A DNA stretch of 64,000 nt from Lama glama. Taxonomy: Eukaryota. The notes under the pieces were generated by a model. It saw only the letters and a program-made list of their open reading frames with translations, did no database searches and was not told where the DNA came from. The stretch is from positions 16,246,001 to 16,310,000 of the forward strand of contig CM052818.1 in assembly GCA_028534125.1 (NCBI GenBank), given 5' to 3'. How positions within the stretch are numbered: position 1 is the stretch's first letter; every line of letters begins with the position of its first letter. Below, one piece after another: positions 24,521-37,400 of the stretch. Made by a program: the position numbers and the translations under genes.

Positions 24521-27500
24521 CGGTTTACATATTAGAAGGTAGCAAGTGAGTTAAGTTTCTGCCAGTCAAAATGAATCACTACTTTTCCTGCCCTTATCAT
24601 TCCACAGAACACTTGTTTTTTTACAAAAAAAGTCCTCCTCATTAGGTAGATTGATCCTCAAAGGCCAGGATACTGTTCTATTCATCTTTGTATTCTTTAA
24701 AACATTAACTCTACTTGCTTTTGCTCTTGAGGGCTATTTTTAAAGTTTCCTTTATATATCTAAGTTCACTAAAAACCTTAAATAACTCAGTTATACCCAG
24801 GAGCCATGTAATAAGATTTTTTCTTCTTATAATGCAATAAAACAAGAAAGACTTAACCAAACCACTGAAATATCAATATGCCAATTGCATAACTCCTAGT
24901 CTAGTTTCTAGGAAACAATTCTTATTCAGTATATTCTTGTGAATCATTAAGCAACTCTCTAAGGCGGGACATAACTCCAAGTACATCAATGGTTACTAAT
25001 TGATTGCAGTGCTCTTTTTACAATGAATATTGAGTAGGCAGATGAAAGAGACATTAAATGGTTTTCTAATTCATGAAAATCGCTGTTGATATAGTAATTC
25101 AAATCAAATAAAATAATTCCCTCAAATAGAAAATGAACTACTTTTTACAAAAAATTACTTTTCTGTAATGATTCGTATAGTTTATAATTGCATAAAATAG
25201 ATACAAGTATGGCAAAAAATTTTACCATAAAAGTAGTGTAAACTCGTAGTTAGAACAAATGACTTACTTAAGAACTTACATTCTACTCTGATCTTATCTC
25301 TCAAGTATTTAAGATTTTACTTTACTCCTTCAGTTCTTCAGTAAGGGCATAGTAATAAAAAAAAATCTTTGTAAGTTTATTAAATATACTTTTATTTGTC
25401 ATGCCGTATTGAAGCTATGGAAAAGTGGATTGTGGCAAATGGCAAGTTGGCAAGTTGAACACAAGTTGAACAAGGGATATTTTAATAGGTAAAATACAGC
25501 AGGTGACTTTTTTATACAGATGTTAGTACTCTAGAATCATTTAAATATATCTGTTAAACAGCAACAATATGTAGTTTATATAGAGCTCTGTTAAAATACA
25601 AAAGTGTTTTTTAGCCCTTTTTGCCCTTGGCATCTATCCTAAATCTCACAGTTAATTTTGCCTTCCTAATGAATTCAGGACGAAAGATACATACATAATA
25701 TGAAAAGCAAAATAAATAAGCAATACAAAAATTCACATCTTTACATATTTCCTTATTCATATGCCTATTATAACTTTAATTTTTCTAAAAACCTATTTTT
25801 TCAAGAAGCAAAAACTGTCATGTGATACTTATAAAGGGATCATTCCAAGGGAGATTGTATCTATGTTTACCTGCATAGTCTAGGTTCAAGTGATTTTTAC
25901 AATGGATGTGAACTGTTAAGAATCATTACGTTGACAAGTTTCATGGCAATTAGCCTTTCTTACTTGTGTTAATAATTATTGAAGTAATCTTCCTTCCTAT
26001 AAATTAACAGTAATATGTAATATAATGCTTGCTTCACTACTTTAGGTTATTTTTTTTTAATTCTGCAGATATATTTCCATAAGATAAATCGTGCAAACAA
26101 ACACATTTCTAAATTTATTACTTTATTATATTAAACATCAGTAGAGTGACTGAAGTAAAGCTAATATCAAATTATGCTTTATTAGATTGTTATTTCTTCA
26201 TTTTTCTAAGCATAATAATTAATCTCAGAAATATCCTGAGCTGTCTAGTGTGGGTAATTATCAATAGATTAATTTCCTACAAAGTCTTTGATTTTTAAAA
26301 ATTTCATTCTCAGTTACTAATGGATAGTTATAATAAAAATATTGAAACTCAAGGAATACCTAACAGGCCATACAAAACTGGCCTTAGTTGTTTAGGAAAG
26401 TAATTCACATTTACTTATATAAACCTTTTATATTACACTGTATTACACTTAAGGTCAGGAGATGGATATTAAAACCAGTATCATACATCACATTCAATTA
26501 AAAGCACTGAAAAATACTCTTAATTGTAAAAGTTTTAATCTAGCCATTAAATATTATATTCCAATAAATATTTACAAATTTAGAGATTGTCTAGCAATGG
26601 ATGCATAAATATACAACCAAACTTGTGAAGAACTGCAGTTATTTGAGATTTATTGTAGATTTATTTGTTAATTTTTTTCTAATTCATAACATTTATTGGA
26701 CAAAACTCTATTTTCTCAATGTTTCTATTATGCATGTATAGATTTTACACTGTGTAAATGATTTTGCTCTCAAAACTACCATACAATACAGCCTCTATAT
26801 TTAAAGGAGAACTTGAACTTGCTACTCTATTTTACTGCTTTAAAAAAATGATAGTGTTGGTTACAAGACTTTTTCTTCCCCAGTATAAGTTTGAAAAGTG
26901 AATGATCATTATTCAAATACAATCTGTGCAATTGAACCATTATTTTCATTTTGAGGTTCAACATTGTTTAGTATATAACATGCAACACATCTCTAAGATG
27001 ATTAGCAAGTTTTATAAAATCAATTCTGTTGAGCATTTTAATATTTTGTTAACAAAAGTCAGAAGTTAATTTCTGTGGCTCTTCTTTGTTTAGTGATATC
27101 CAGTCATGTAATTTCTTACTGTTCATAAAAGGTCTATAAACAGAATATAAGGGATCATCCTTGGTGTAGTTTCCTCTGTTTTAGTATCTCAAAATCTCAT
27201 TGTCCATCATACAGAATGACAAGTCTATTCTAAGTCTGACTCACTACTATTTTTTGGCAAACCATTCAGATCATTTCATGGGCAATCTTCCTTTAATAAT
27301 AAACTGAATACCACCTTCTACAGTTATTTGCTGCTGAAAATATGAACTAGCTCTGTGGTGTGGAGCAAGTCACTTATGGCTTCAAAATTCAATTTCTTCA
27401 ACTGTAAAATTAAAGGTTATGAATAATTTATAACTCATAGGATCAAATACTACAATTTTAGGCACATGGTAAATGTGCTGTAAATATTTGCCCTCAATCC

Positions 27501-27769
27501 TATTATCCCTACACATCTATTGTATTCAATGACTCTATTCTACTAATAGTCAATTTAAAAAACTCAACAATATATTTTGGGTTATCTTCTGAAATTTTAG
27601 AAACATAGTGACTTTTTCTTTTCCCGTATGTTGACCTAAAATATTGTAGCATATCATACAGCAAGTGTATGTTACTGTGGTGGGCTTTATTTGTAAACAG
27701 AATTTTGTTTTATTTATTCCATATGCAAGCAGGACAGTTATTCTTACCATGGAGGGTATGTGTGGAAGA

Positions 27770-27990
27770 GCAGGAAAAGCACTACTAAGGGAGTTAGTAA
27801 TTAAAATTTCAGTCTCTAACGTGCTTTGTAACTTTGGTTAAGCCATTTAATTCTTTCCTTACCACAATTTTCTCATCTATAAAACAAGCCCCATATGTCT
27901 CCATTTCTATCAGTCACGATATTTCTCTGAGGCTAAACCAGGTTATATTTGCAAAATTTCTTCAAAAAATAGAAAATACTACTAATGATA
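27770..27990 (+). mobile_element. MIR remnant
   Basis: gtaactttggttaagccatttaattct...ttttctcatctataaaac. Confidence 0.55.
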
Positions 27991-29496
27991 ACCAGTATTA
28001 GGAACCGAATATAAAGCCTTTTGTTATATATAAAAAATTAGGAAATTTATCTTAATAAATATTAATCTTTCACCTTGCAGAATGTCAAAACATTTACTTA
28101 CGAATAAATACTAGGCCAGAATCATCTTTACAATGGTGATTCTTTATCCACATTTTTTTTTACTCAAATCTAGTTTTTTCTTATTTAAAAAAAAAACTAT
28201 CATTCACAAAATTGTCATCTTGTGTCGGTGAAGTATAATTAGCTTCTTCCTGGAGGAAGTAACTTCTTCCTATTAAAAGTAACTACGACTTCTTAGGCTA
28301 TGCAAGGACATCTTGACTCATAGTATTTCTCATTTAAAGGCCATAAGATTTCTGTGTACAATTGTTCATTCTCCCAGAGGTCAAGAACTAAGTAAAAATA
28401 AATATATTACTCTAACAACATAAAACAACTAACAGAAATAAATCTACTTTCAGAGCAACATTAGTCTCTAAGAAGCACTGCTTAAACCCTGTACTCTAGG
28501 CTATTTAATTTACATTTGCTTTACCTCAATCTCTATAGTATATATGCACAATGTTTTCTGTTTATTTACTTTTTATGCTACCTCAGTCTATTATACCAAA
28601 GGGCAGCACAGCTGATACATTTTTACAGAATTCTGTCTATTTTCCATTGTTGGGAAAATCCTTTTAGAAGTTTGACAATAACATGCCTTTCTCTATTGAT
28701 TTCTTCTCTTCCATTTGGCAAACATTGATTTTTTTTTGTGCATTTACAACAAGACTCCATTCTGTTTAATTTTTTCTCTATGAATCAGCATTGCTGACAA
28801 CAGGAGTTGAAACATCTAAAAGTTGGAAGGAATACCTTTGATTGAATAGTTGTCCTAGAGCCAGAGATGGAAATTTAAAAAAATAAAATGGAGCTTCTCA
28901 GCAGGCAGCAAGAGATTCATAAAGTCCATCTTTGTTTTAAAGACTAGAAAGTGAAAATAATCTATTCAGACTAACATGTGATCTTCAGAAGAAAATGCTT
29001 GTATTAGTAGTATTCACCAAATCATTTTACTGGAGATTTCAATCTTTGCCTGAAAAACTTTTACCTTCTTATGGAAGCTGGTAAAAAAAAAAAATTGTCA
29101 AGTGTTGACCTAGGAAACAATGTTTTTTAGTGCATAATATAATCCCCTCCCAAAGCACTTTTGTGATTAGATCAAGAACAGTCATCTGATGCAAGAAAAA
29201 CCATCTTTGGGCTGCCCACAGACCTGTGACTAATGCTACAGAACAATAATAACAATGACAAAAGAGACTAATCAGTATTTCTCCCTTAGGAATTTGAAAT
29301 ATGAAATTGATTGTGGGAGATAAAAGTGATTTGGAAGAACTGGAGAAGTCATGATGACTATATATAGAAGTATTGAGAAAGCAGAGATAAGTAAACAAAG
29401 AAAGTGGGTTGGTAATGGGAAAGACAAAAGTAAAGGCACATGAACTGGAGTTTCATCATGTTAATGAAAAACAGAAGAGTGCAGTTTATCTCCTCC

Positions 29497-29775
29497 CACC
29501 CTCTTCTCCCACCCCAAAAGATAGATTGGGAGTTCAAGTTTTCCAGATACTAATATATATATAAAAAATAGATACACAACAAGTTCATACTGTGTAACTT
29601 AGGGAACTCTATTCAGTACCTTGTAGTAACCTGTGGTGGAAAAGAATATGAAAACGAATATATGTATGTTCACGTATGACTGAAGTATTATGCTGTATAC
29701 CAGAAACTGACACAACATTGTAAACTGACTATACTTCAATAAAACTATTTCCAAAAAAAAAAAACAACAAAAAAC
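29497..29775 (+). mobile_element. Short L1 3'-end insertion (same family as 19.7-21.2 kb) with micro 5' inversion
   Basis: Closely matches 21000-21225 (accagaaa.tgacacaacattgtaaactgactatacttcaataaaa); A-rich tail; ~29-bp TSD 29468-29496 / 29776-29804. Confidence 0.92.
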
Positions 29776-30769
29776 AAAACAGTAGAGTGCAGATTTATCC
29801 CTCCAGGTGCTGAAGTTCATACAATAGCCTTAAATCCAGGATCTTCCTAAAACTATCAGCTCTGACTTTAGGTACCCCCAGGTACTTCTTCTCAGAGTCC
29901 ACTGACTAGTAAAAGAGATATCATCATAAGCACTTTAGAGAAATATGTACAAGCCCAAGGGTTCAGAGAAAGAGGAAGGACCAATTCAACCTCAGGAAGT
30001 CTGCAAAGACTTTGGCAGGAATACTCAATAGAAGTTAAAGCAGCAAAATGAGTTCAAGTTCATTGGAAGCAGGAAAATTGGCAGATGACAATTTAAAAAC
30101 AAGTTTTCCAAACTTAAAAATTGACATCTGGGAGACTGACATCTACTGAATTTATTTCCTATGTTATGGCACAGGCCAGCAACCAGGGCAAATGCAAATA
30201 GGTGGACAGAATTTGTGTGCCAAAGGTCGGAGAAAAGCTTAATTAAAAGCTTAATAAAGAAACAGACTTAATGAGGTGGAGGGGATTTAATGAGAAATGC
30301 ACAAACACTGAGTTCAAAAAGGTAATATATTTTTTAATTTTAAACAATTTCAAAAAAGCTGCAAATTTATTGGCAATTGTAAAAGTGACCTTTTGTTTGA
30401 CATCAATGATGTTATTTCTTTGTAATTTTAACAACAATGCTTTTGAAGCACTGTATTCAAGATTTTTTTCATACTGAGCTTGTTCATTAAAAACTAAGTC
30501 TAAATTTTTAATTACTTATTAATGCCACTGAACAAGTTTTCTTCCAAATTCAGTTGCTTTTATAAATTATTTGCAAGTGATATATGGATATTAATGGACA
30601 TACCTATTTACTTGATAATACACTGACCTCTCTCTTCTTCAGTCTATTCTTTGGATCTAAACCATAGCACAAGACATTCCTCAAATTTCCCCTCTGATTT
30701 TTAAATCTGGGAAGTAACAGTTACCTATATAATAAATTTTTATATTCATTTTGGAGTTTTTTTTTAATT

Positions 30770-31260
30770 TCAAGGTGGTAAATTAACATAATTCAGGATG
30801 TATTTTTAAATAGCATTAGTAATTGCATTATATGTGTTAAACTGCCCTACAACATAAATTTAGTGTTAGTACTAATAACAATTACATTGTAAACATTTTA
30901 CATATTTTATATTCCTCCAAGTAATATATATATGTATGTACTATACATATACACATATGTGTGTCTGTGTATGCGTCTGCGTGTATATGTGAGTATGGCT
31001 ATTCATCCCTTTAAAATAATGGATTATTCTTTTTAAAAAGTGGATCATACAATTAATGTTTTAATTCTGATTGCTCTTCATTTAAAATACATCTTACACA
31101 TCTTTTCATGTCAGTAAATATGGATCTACTTCATTTTTAAAAGAAAATGTTAAAGCATATGGTATACAAAGCTATACGATAAACATGAGTATATTGTATT
31201 TAATATAGAATGTTAGATTTTTCCTGTTTCTATTGCTACCACAGTACTTTAATAAGCATG
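30770..31260 (-). mobile_element. Old L1ME 3'UTR remnant
   Basis: acatcttttcatgtcagtaaatatggatctacttcattttt motif; heavily decayed. Confidence 0.5.
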
Positions 31261-31456
31261 AAACATACTTGAATTTAAGTAGTAATTAGACAAATCTGTT
31301 TCATATTCCTTAAAACCCCTCCCTACATGAAAGATATAAAATGATGATGAGAGTAGAAGAGGCCAATAAAGAGATTTATCTAGGGAAAACTGCTACTCTG
31401 CTATATCTCACTGAATTTTCATCCTATGGGCACAGTAGTATGCTTACCTTCTTAGC

Positions 31457-31641
31457 CAATGACTCTTAACTTAGGGGTAATTTTATTCCCCATGCAGACA
31501 TCTGGGTTTGTCACAACTGAGGTGTGCTACTGGAATCTAGTGGGTATAAATCTGCTAACTATCTTACAGTGCACAGGATACCCTCCAAAAACAAAGAGTT
31601 ATCCATCCAAAATATCAATAAATCTGAGGTTAAGAAACCAG
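31457..31641 (+). mobile_element. MER20 (hAT-Charlie MITE)
   Basis: ttgtcacaactgaggtgtgctactggaatctagtgggta...cttacagtgcacaggata...ctgaggttaagaaacc. Confidence 0.88.
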
Positions 31642-32169
31642 AAGTCCACTTGGGACCATTTGGAAAGCTCTGGAACATAGTTCATGTAGCTAGGGAAAAC
31701 AGAGGACTGGTTCCAGATCCATGCTTAACAAAGCTAAAGTAGACAGGGTTTAGATATGTGTCTTCAGCTGCCCAGTGCCTAAGAAAGTTGTTTCAAAACA
31801 CCATCTGTAATAATTATGCCTTTGCTACATCAAGGGACCATCCAAGTACCTGCATAAGTTTCCACCTATTAGTCAGCCTGCCAAGGAAAGAGAAGGGGTC
31901 AGAAGGAGGAGGCATTCACTGTGCTCCACCTTTCCCAACACAGAACTACAGGATTCAGTTCAAATCAAGCTTGAGCTGGTGCTGGACATTCTAATTACTG
32001 AACTAAGTCTATGCCCTCAATCACAATATATGAGTAAATCTCGGTATTTATCACACACCATAATATATATAACTAATTCCTCTTCATTACTGGTGGTTAT
32101 TTAAGTGGCTTCCAACTAATTCTTTATTTTACAAAAAAAAATGGTATAATAAACATCAACAGATGTCTT

Positions 32170-32265
32170 CTTTCCTCCCTTTTCTTTTTCTCTTTCTTTC
32201 TCTTTCTTTCTACCTTCATTCCTTCCTCCTCCCTCTAACCCTTCCTCTTTCCTTTCCTTCTTCTT
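32170..32265. repeat. Pyrimidine-rich low-complexity tract, (TTTC)n/(TCC)n
   Basis: tttctttttctctttctttctctttctttc... Confidence 0.85.
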
Positions 32266-32499
32266 TGAGAAATTAAAAATGAACGTGATTCAGAAAAAAA
32301 CTAGAAAAGCACTAAGGGTATACCACTATCATTTAAAATTAATAGTCTTTTTTGTTAACAGTCTGCATTCCACATCAGAAATCATGAAAGTCCTCCTCTC
32401 CCTTATTTTGCTTGATTCCTTTCCACGGTTACATATTACAGAAAAAGAGTCATCATTAGACCTTTTTACCCACTCAATTAATAACAATAATAGTAATAA

Positions 32500-33210
32500 G
32501 TAATTAAAATTGTCACTTATTCAGTAGCTATTTTATACTAGGTTGCATACTATTAACATTATAGTCATGGTTTTCAATATTTAAAATACTCCAGGAAGGG
32601 TGATATTACCATCCCTACTATCAATACAAAGAATCAATAACCTATCTACACTAGGAATAGAAAACGGTTTTTATTTGAGCCAAACTGAGACTATAGCCCA
32701 GGAGTGCAGTCTCTACCAAGGAAAAAAGTGCAACGGAGAAACATGGTTTTCAGCAGTTTTATATCTTGACAGAACAAAGAACAAAAATCAAACATGACAG
32801 AGGTACATTCCTTCAAGGTTGCAAAAGAGACAGATTAGCACATACACAGTGAGTCAGCACGACCTTGGTCTCTGGGAAGAGAACCTTTTCTTCGAAGGAA
32901 GGCATAGTAGCATTGGCATCACAGTAGGTTGGGGATCATTTATTCCTATCTCCAAAGTGGTCATTCTTAATAATCTGGCACATAGGTTCTTTTAATAGTT
33001 AAAGAAGATGTAAAATGCATGTTTGACAAGCCATAGAATAGGCTGTTCTAATTCACATAAAAATACCAGCCAAATTATATATTAACTCAGAATGGCTTCC
33101 CCATATCCCAATATATGAAAAGTTCTTCCATCACTATTTTACATAGAAAATAATTGAGGACCAGAGGAGTATTAGACTTTCTTGCCCACAGTCTCACTAC
33201 TACTATGTTA
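32500..33210 (-). mobile_element. MIR split by a solo LTR (halves about 32500-32618 and 33134-33210)
   Basis: gatattaccatccc|...|tattttacatagaaaataattgaggaccagagg rejoins as the antisense MIR core attatccccattttacagatgaggaaactgagg. Confidence 0.7.
32619..33133 (-). mobile_element. Solo ERV1-type LTR (~515 bp)
   Basis: Ends ...ccatca; 4-bp TSD ctac (32615-32618) / ctat (33134-33137); minus-strand AATAAA (tttatt near 32670). Confidence 0.78.
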
Positions 33211-33410
33211 CAATGTTAATATGTACCTTACTCCATACTGACACCCTACATTTAGTCATTTTATTTCCTTTAAAAGATTCTGAGATAGACATTTCAATAC
33301 AAGCTCAATTCCTAGTAATAGTTACATTTCTATAGTGCTTTCTCATACAATCCTCAACAATCCTATGAGATAGGTAAAAGGTATTTCACTCAGGCAATGA
33401 AATTTAAATA

Positions 33411-33531
33411 CAGTTGGCCCTCCTTCTCCTCAGATTTTGCAACCATGGATTCAACCAACCATGAATCAAAATTAGATCTCCAGTTGGTTGAATCTGGGGA
33501 TGAGAAAATCATACGTAGGAAGGGCAGATGG
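33411..33531. mobile_element. MER2-like Tigger MITE inserted in a MIR
   Basis: TA|cagttggccctcc...ggattcaaccaac...gttggttgaatc...agggcagatgg|TA; palindromic, TA flanks; MIR halves at about 33330-33408 and 33535-33620. Confidence 0.72.
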
Positions 33532-35321
33532 TAATTCATCCAAGGTCATGGAGGCATTAAATGGGAAAAACAGATTTGATCCTAGGCAGTGTGGCTTGAT
33601 ACTTTAAACTACTGTGCCCTAGTGTCTCTCTAAAAAAAGAGGTTTAAAATTTAGGCATTGTCTTATTTCCTCACATCTTTCTTGGTCCTTATATTTCTTA
33701 AGATATTTTCTTAAATAATCTTTTTAAGAAGAATATACTTCAGCTAAATGTGATTCCTTTATTTATGATAAACTAATAATTGTAATGATAAACCCAACTG
33801 TGGTTGAACTCTTAGATGGCTCAAACTCATGAGGATGAGCTAAGGTGTAGAGCAAGAGATCAAAGGGTGAAGGTGCAGTTCATTGTTTCCTAAAAAGAAA
33901 TAGTTCTGGTATTTCCTGCAAACTCAGTGATGGAAATTTTAAAATGGGAAAAGTATTTTGGAAAAATAGCTGAATGAACATGAGTAGAGTAATTTTCAAC
34001 TACTAGTCAACAAAATTAAAATCTTAACAAGTAAATAAGTAATTCATTTTTAAATTTTACAAAGGATTTTTTACAAAGAGACTAAAATAACAGTGTGATT
34101 TGGGAGGACATTTAATAATTAATCTGCCAAATAACTCAATGAGAACATGTTCTGGAAAGATTGGCAGCTCAAACATGTCTGATGCCTTCTATCATTTTTA
34201 ATCTGACGTTTTTCTGAGTGGAGCATGGGTGGGCAGGCCAGAAGAAAAAGTTTAAGTCTTAGTGAATTTTAACAATACGTTCCAGGCAAAAAGGATAGAC
34301 CATGTGTAGCACTTCCCCTGATTAAGCCTGAACATAACTAGAAGACTGGCTACAATGAAAGACAAACTGTCCTTCAGTACCCATGTACACAGAAGAAAAA
34401 AGGCAGAATATATTAAATCTCTCTTGCTCAGAGGATCCTTAATGAAGATACACAGATGGAATAAACTTTTTCCTATTCCTGACATCCATTACTATGCCAT
34501 GAAGAATCCTGGGAGAGTGGGCTTACTCTTGATGTTTCATTAGACAGAAGACATACTGGCAATTGTAGAGAGCTCAAAGGACTACAAACTGTCACCTATA
34601 GTACAGCTTGTGGAATTGTTTCTTGTGAGACCTTAACAGCCTTGCCTGCACTCTATGCAATAGAGCAATAGGTTGGCAAAGAATAAAAAATGCTCTTACG
34701 AGAATCCAACAACCAGAGAGTGAAAGCAAGCGGAGTTATGGAGAATGGCAAGGTTCTAGAAAAAGAAACTATCAGAGGAGATGGATCTCAACATAAATAA
34801 GACAAAATGTACAGAAAAGAAAGACGGAGGGGGGAGGGAGAAAGGAAGGAAGGAAGGGATGGACCTGAGGCTTCAGCATGACATATTCAGCATGAAGTTC
34901 TTTTCTAAAATTAAAATTCATGATCACTTTAAAAGTTTAACTTTTTTCAAACATTTTCATGGGTTAGATGTCCAGAGAAGTACATTAAATGATTTAAAAT
35001 ACATTTAAATACATTAAATCATTTAAAAAACATTATTTTAAGTAATAGCAGACATGACAGGAAAGTTAGGAAACCTTCAGAAGTCAGAAATATTTTTTTA
35101 AAAGCAAAAATTCACCAACAGAATTAAGACATGAAGTTGCCTTTTGCTTTACAGACATATTAAAATCAGATAAGAAATATAAAATAATTGCCCAATTATT
35201 TAAATAAAGGATTACATTGAAATTCTGGAAAAAGTTAAAATTCATATAAAAATTCTTGAAACAAAACCTAAAACCACTTCTGGAAATGTAAAATAAAGTA
35301 AGTACAACTATAAACTTAATA

Positions 35322-35630
35322 CGGTAGTCCCTCTTTATCCATGGTTTTCTTTTCATGATTTTAGCTATATTTGGTTAACCGAGGTCCAAAAATATTAAAT
35401 GAAAAATTTCAGAGATGAGCAATTCATAAATTTGAACTTGCATTCCATTCATAGCAGCATGATGAAATCTCATGTTGTCCCTTTCTGGCCCAGTCAGAAC
35501 ATGAATCATCTCTTTCTCTAGCATATCCATGCTGAATATGCTACCCACCCATTAGCATAGGAAGAACATAGTACACATAGGTTTCGGCACTATTCTCAGT
35601 TTCAAACATCCACTCAGGGTCTTGGAACCC
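35322..35630 (+). mobile_element. MER44A (Tigger7-derived MITE)
   Basis: cggtagtccctctttatcc...ggtccaaaaatattaaatgaaaaatttcaga...gatgaaatctcatg...catccactcagggtcttggaac. Confidence 0.88.
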
Positions 35631-35639
35631 AGGGAAACA

Positions 35640-37400
35640 TGTTCCAAGGTGTCCATCAGAAAACTATCAGTGTGACAAGTATGGCTGGGGAGAAAGATTT
35701 GTAAACATGAATGTCAGAGTGTGTTAGTGTGATACTCAGATACTCAACAGGAAAAAAAAAAAAAACAAATAAGCAAAAACTTGATAGGCTAAATGGTAGA
35801 TTAAACCTCTCTGAAAAGAAAAGTGCTCATTTGGAAGATAAACCAGAAGAGATTATCCCAGAATAATAAAGAAATGGAAAACAGAAAAATATTTTAAAAA
35901 GAAGTGTAAAAAAGATATTTTAGAAAGCCATACAGTAAAATGGTGAGAGACAGTATTTTTAGACATTTTGTTTGAGAATTAACCAGAATTGATGAAAGAC
36001 ACCAATCCTCAAAGGCAAGACATTCGATAAATTCCATTCATGCTGAATAAAAAGAACTTTAAACAAATCATAATGAAAATGTGAAATATCAAAATAAAAT
36101 CCATAAAATTTACAATAAAGTGTAATTTTGTAATAAATCTATCAAAAATATGTAGAAGACCTTTATGGCACAGTATATAAACATTGTTGAGAGATATTTG
36201 AAAAGTTTTAAATAAGTAGCAAGGCAGATATTTATGATTTTATTAATTTTATTACCTTGAAAGGCTAATATTACCCAAATTGATTTATACTTCATGCATT
36301 TCCTATGAAAATCTAAACTGGGTTTTTAGTGGAATTGACAAACTAATACTAACATTTATATGGAAAAAATCAAGATTGTTCCACCCCACCATTAAGAAAT
36401 AGGTGTGGGGACTTATTCTATTAGATACCACAGTTTATTGAAGCTAAGTATATATTATTACATGACATTGGAACTGGAGTAAAGAAATAGAACAGAAGAT
36501 GAAGTCCAAAAATAGATTCATGCAGCCATTTGACAGAAGACCAACATTTCCTTCAATATCAGTGGTCACTGACATATTTTTCAATAAATGACCAAGGACT
36601 TTTGCTTATTCCTATGGAATGAAAATAAAATTGGATCCCTGAAAAACATTATGCAAAAAATCAAACACATTGATATCAAAAACCCATCAAACATCGCCAA
36701 TGGAAATGAGAAGAAAGGGCATTCACAGATATTGCTTTGGAAATGTAAAACATTGCAGTCTTTTTTAATGAAAATGCACATTCCCTACAACACAGCAGTC
36801 TCACTCTTGAGACTACCTCATCAAAATAAAAACATTAACACCTAAGAATATTTGTAAAAAGTGTTTATTGCAACATTTTCATAGTGAAAACAATTAATAG
36901 TCAAATTTGGGAATAAACTATATTACCACAGAATGTTATTTAGTCTTTATGAGGAATTAGTTAAAATTACCACTGATCCAAAAGGGTTCCTATTGGATTT
37001 TTTAAATGAGAAGAGCAAAGTATACTGAAGTACAAAAATTGTGTTCTCATGTCTGCAAAAAATATAAGTTCTAAAAATTAAAAATTTATTCGAAATTTAA
37101 AATAATGAAACTAAAATACAGAAAAATACCTATGCATTTCTTAATTGAAGGCCATTGAAGATGGGGAACGTGCAAATTGAGAAGAGGGGAAGAAGAGAAA
37201 TGGGGAGTTAAGTAAAAAGGGATAAAAATATTTCTAAAAACAGTGCTCACTTTTAAAATTATTACCACTTATATAAAAATGGTATACAAGTGCATATATC
37301 TATGTATAGAGTTATGCAAGATGTCACCAAATTCCTGCATTTGCTGTCTTTGAGTGAAAATTTAGGTGACTATCTTAATACTATTTTGTATCATTTTAAT
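35640..37400 (+). mobile_element. Old L1M/L1ME remnants (ORF1, ORF2 and 3' parts, heavily deleted)
   Basis: ccagaattgatgaaagacaccaatcctca (ORF1), attgacaaactaatactaacatttatatggaaa (ORF2), gtgtttattgcaacatt (3' part). Confidence 0.65.

Noticed and set aside
34981..35035. Imperfect ~29-bp tandem duplication (tacattaaat.atttaaaa.acatt)
   Set aside because: Ordinary AT-rich slippage duplication
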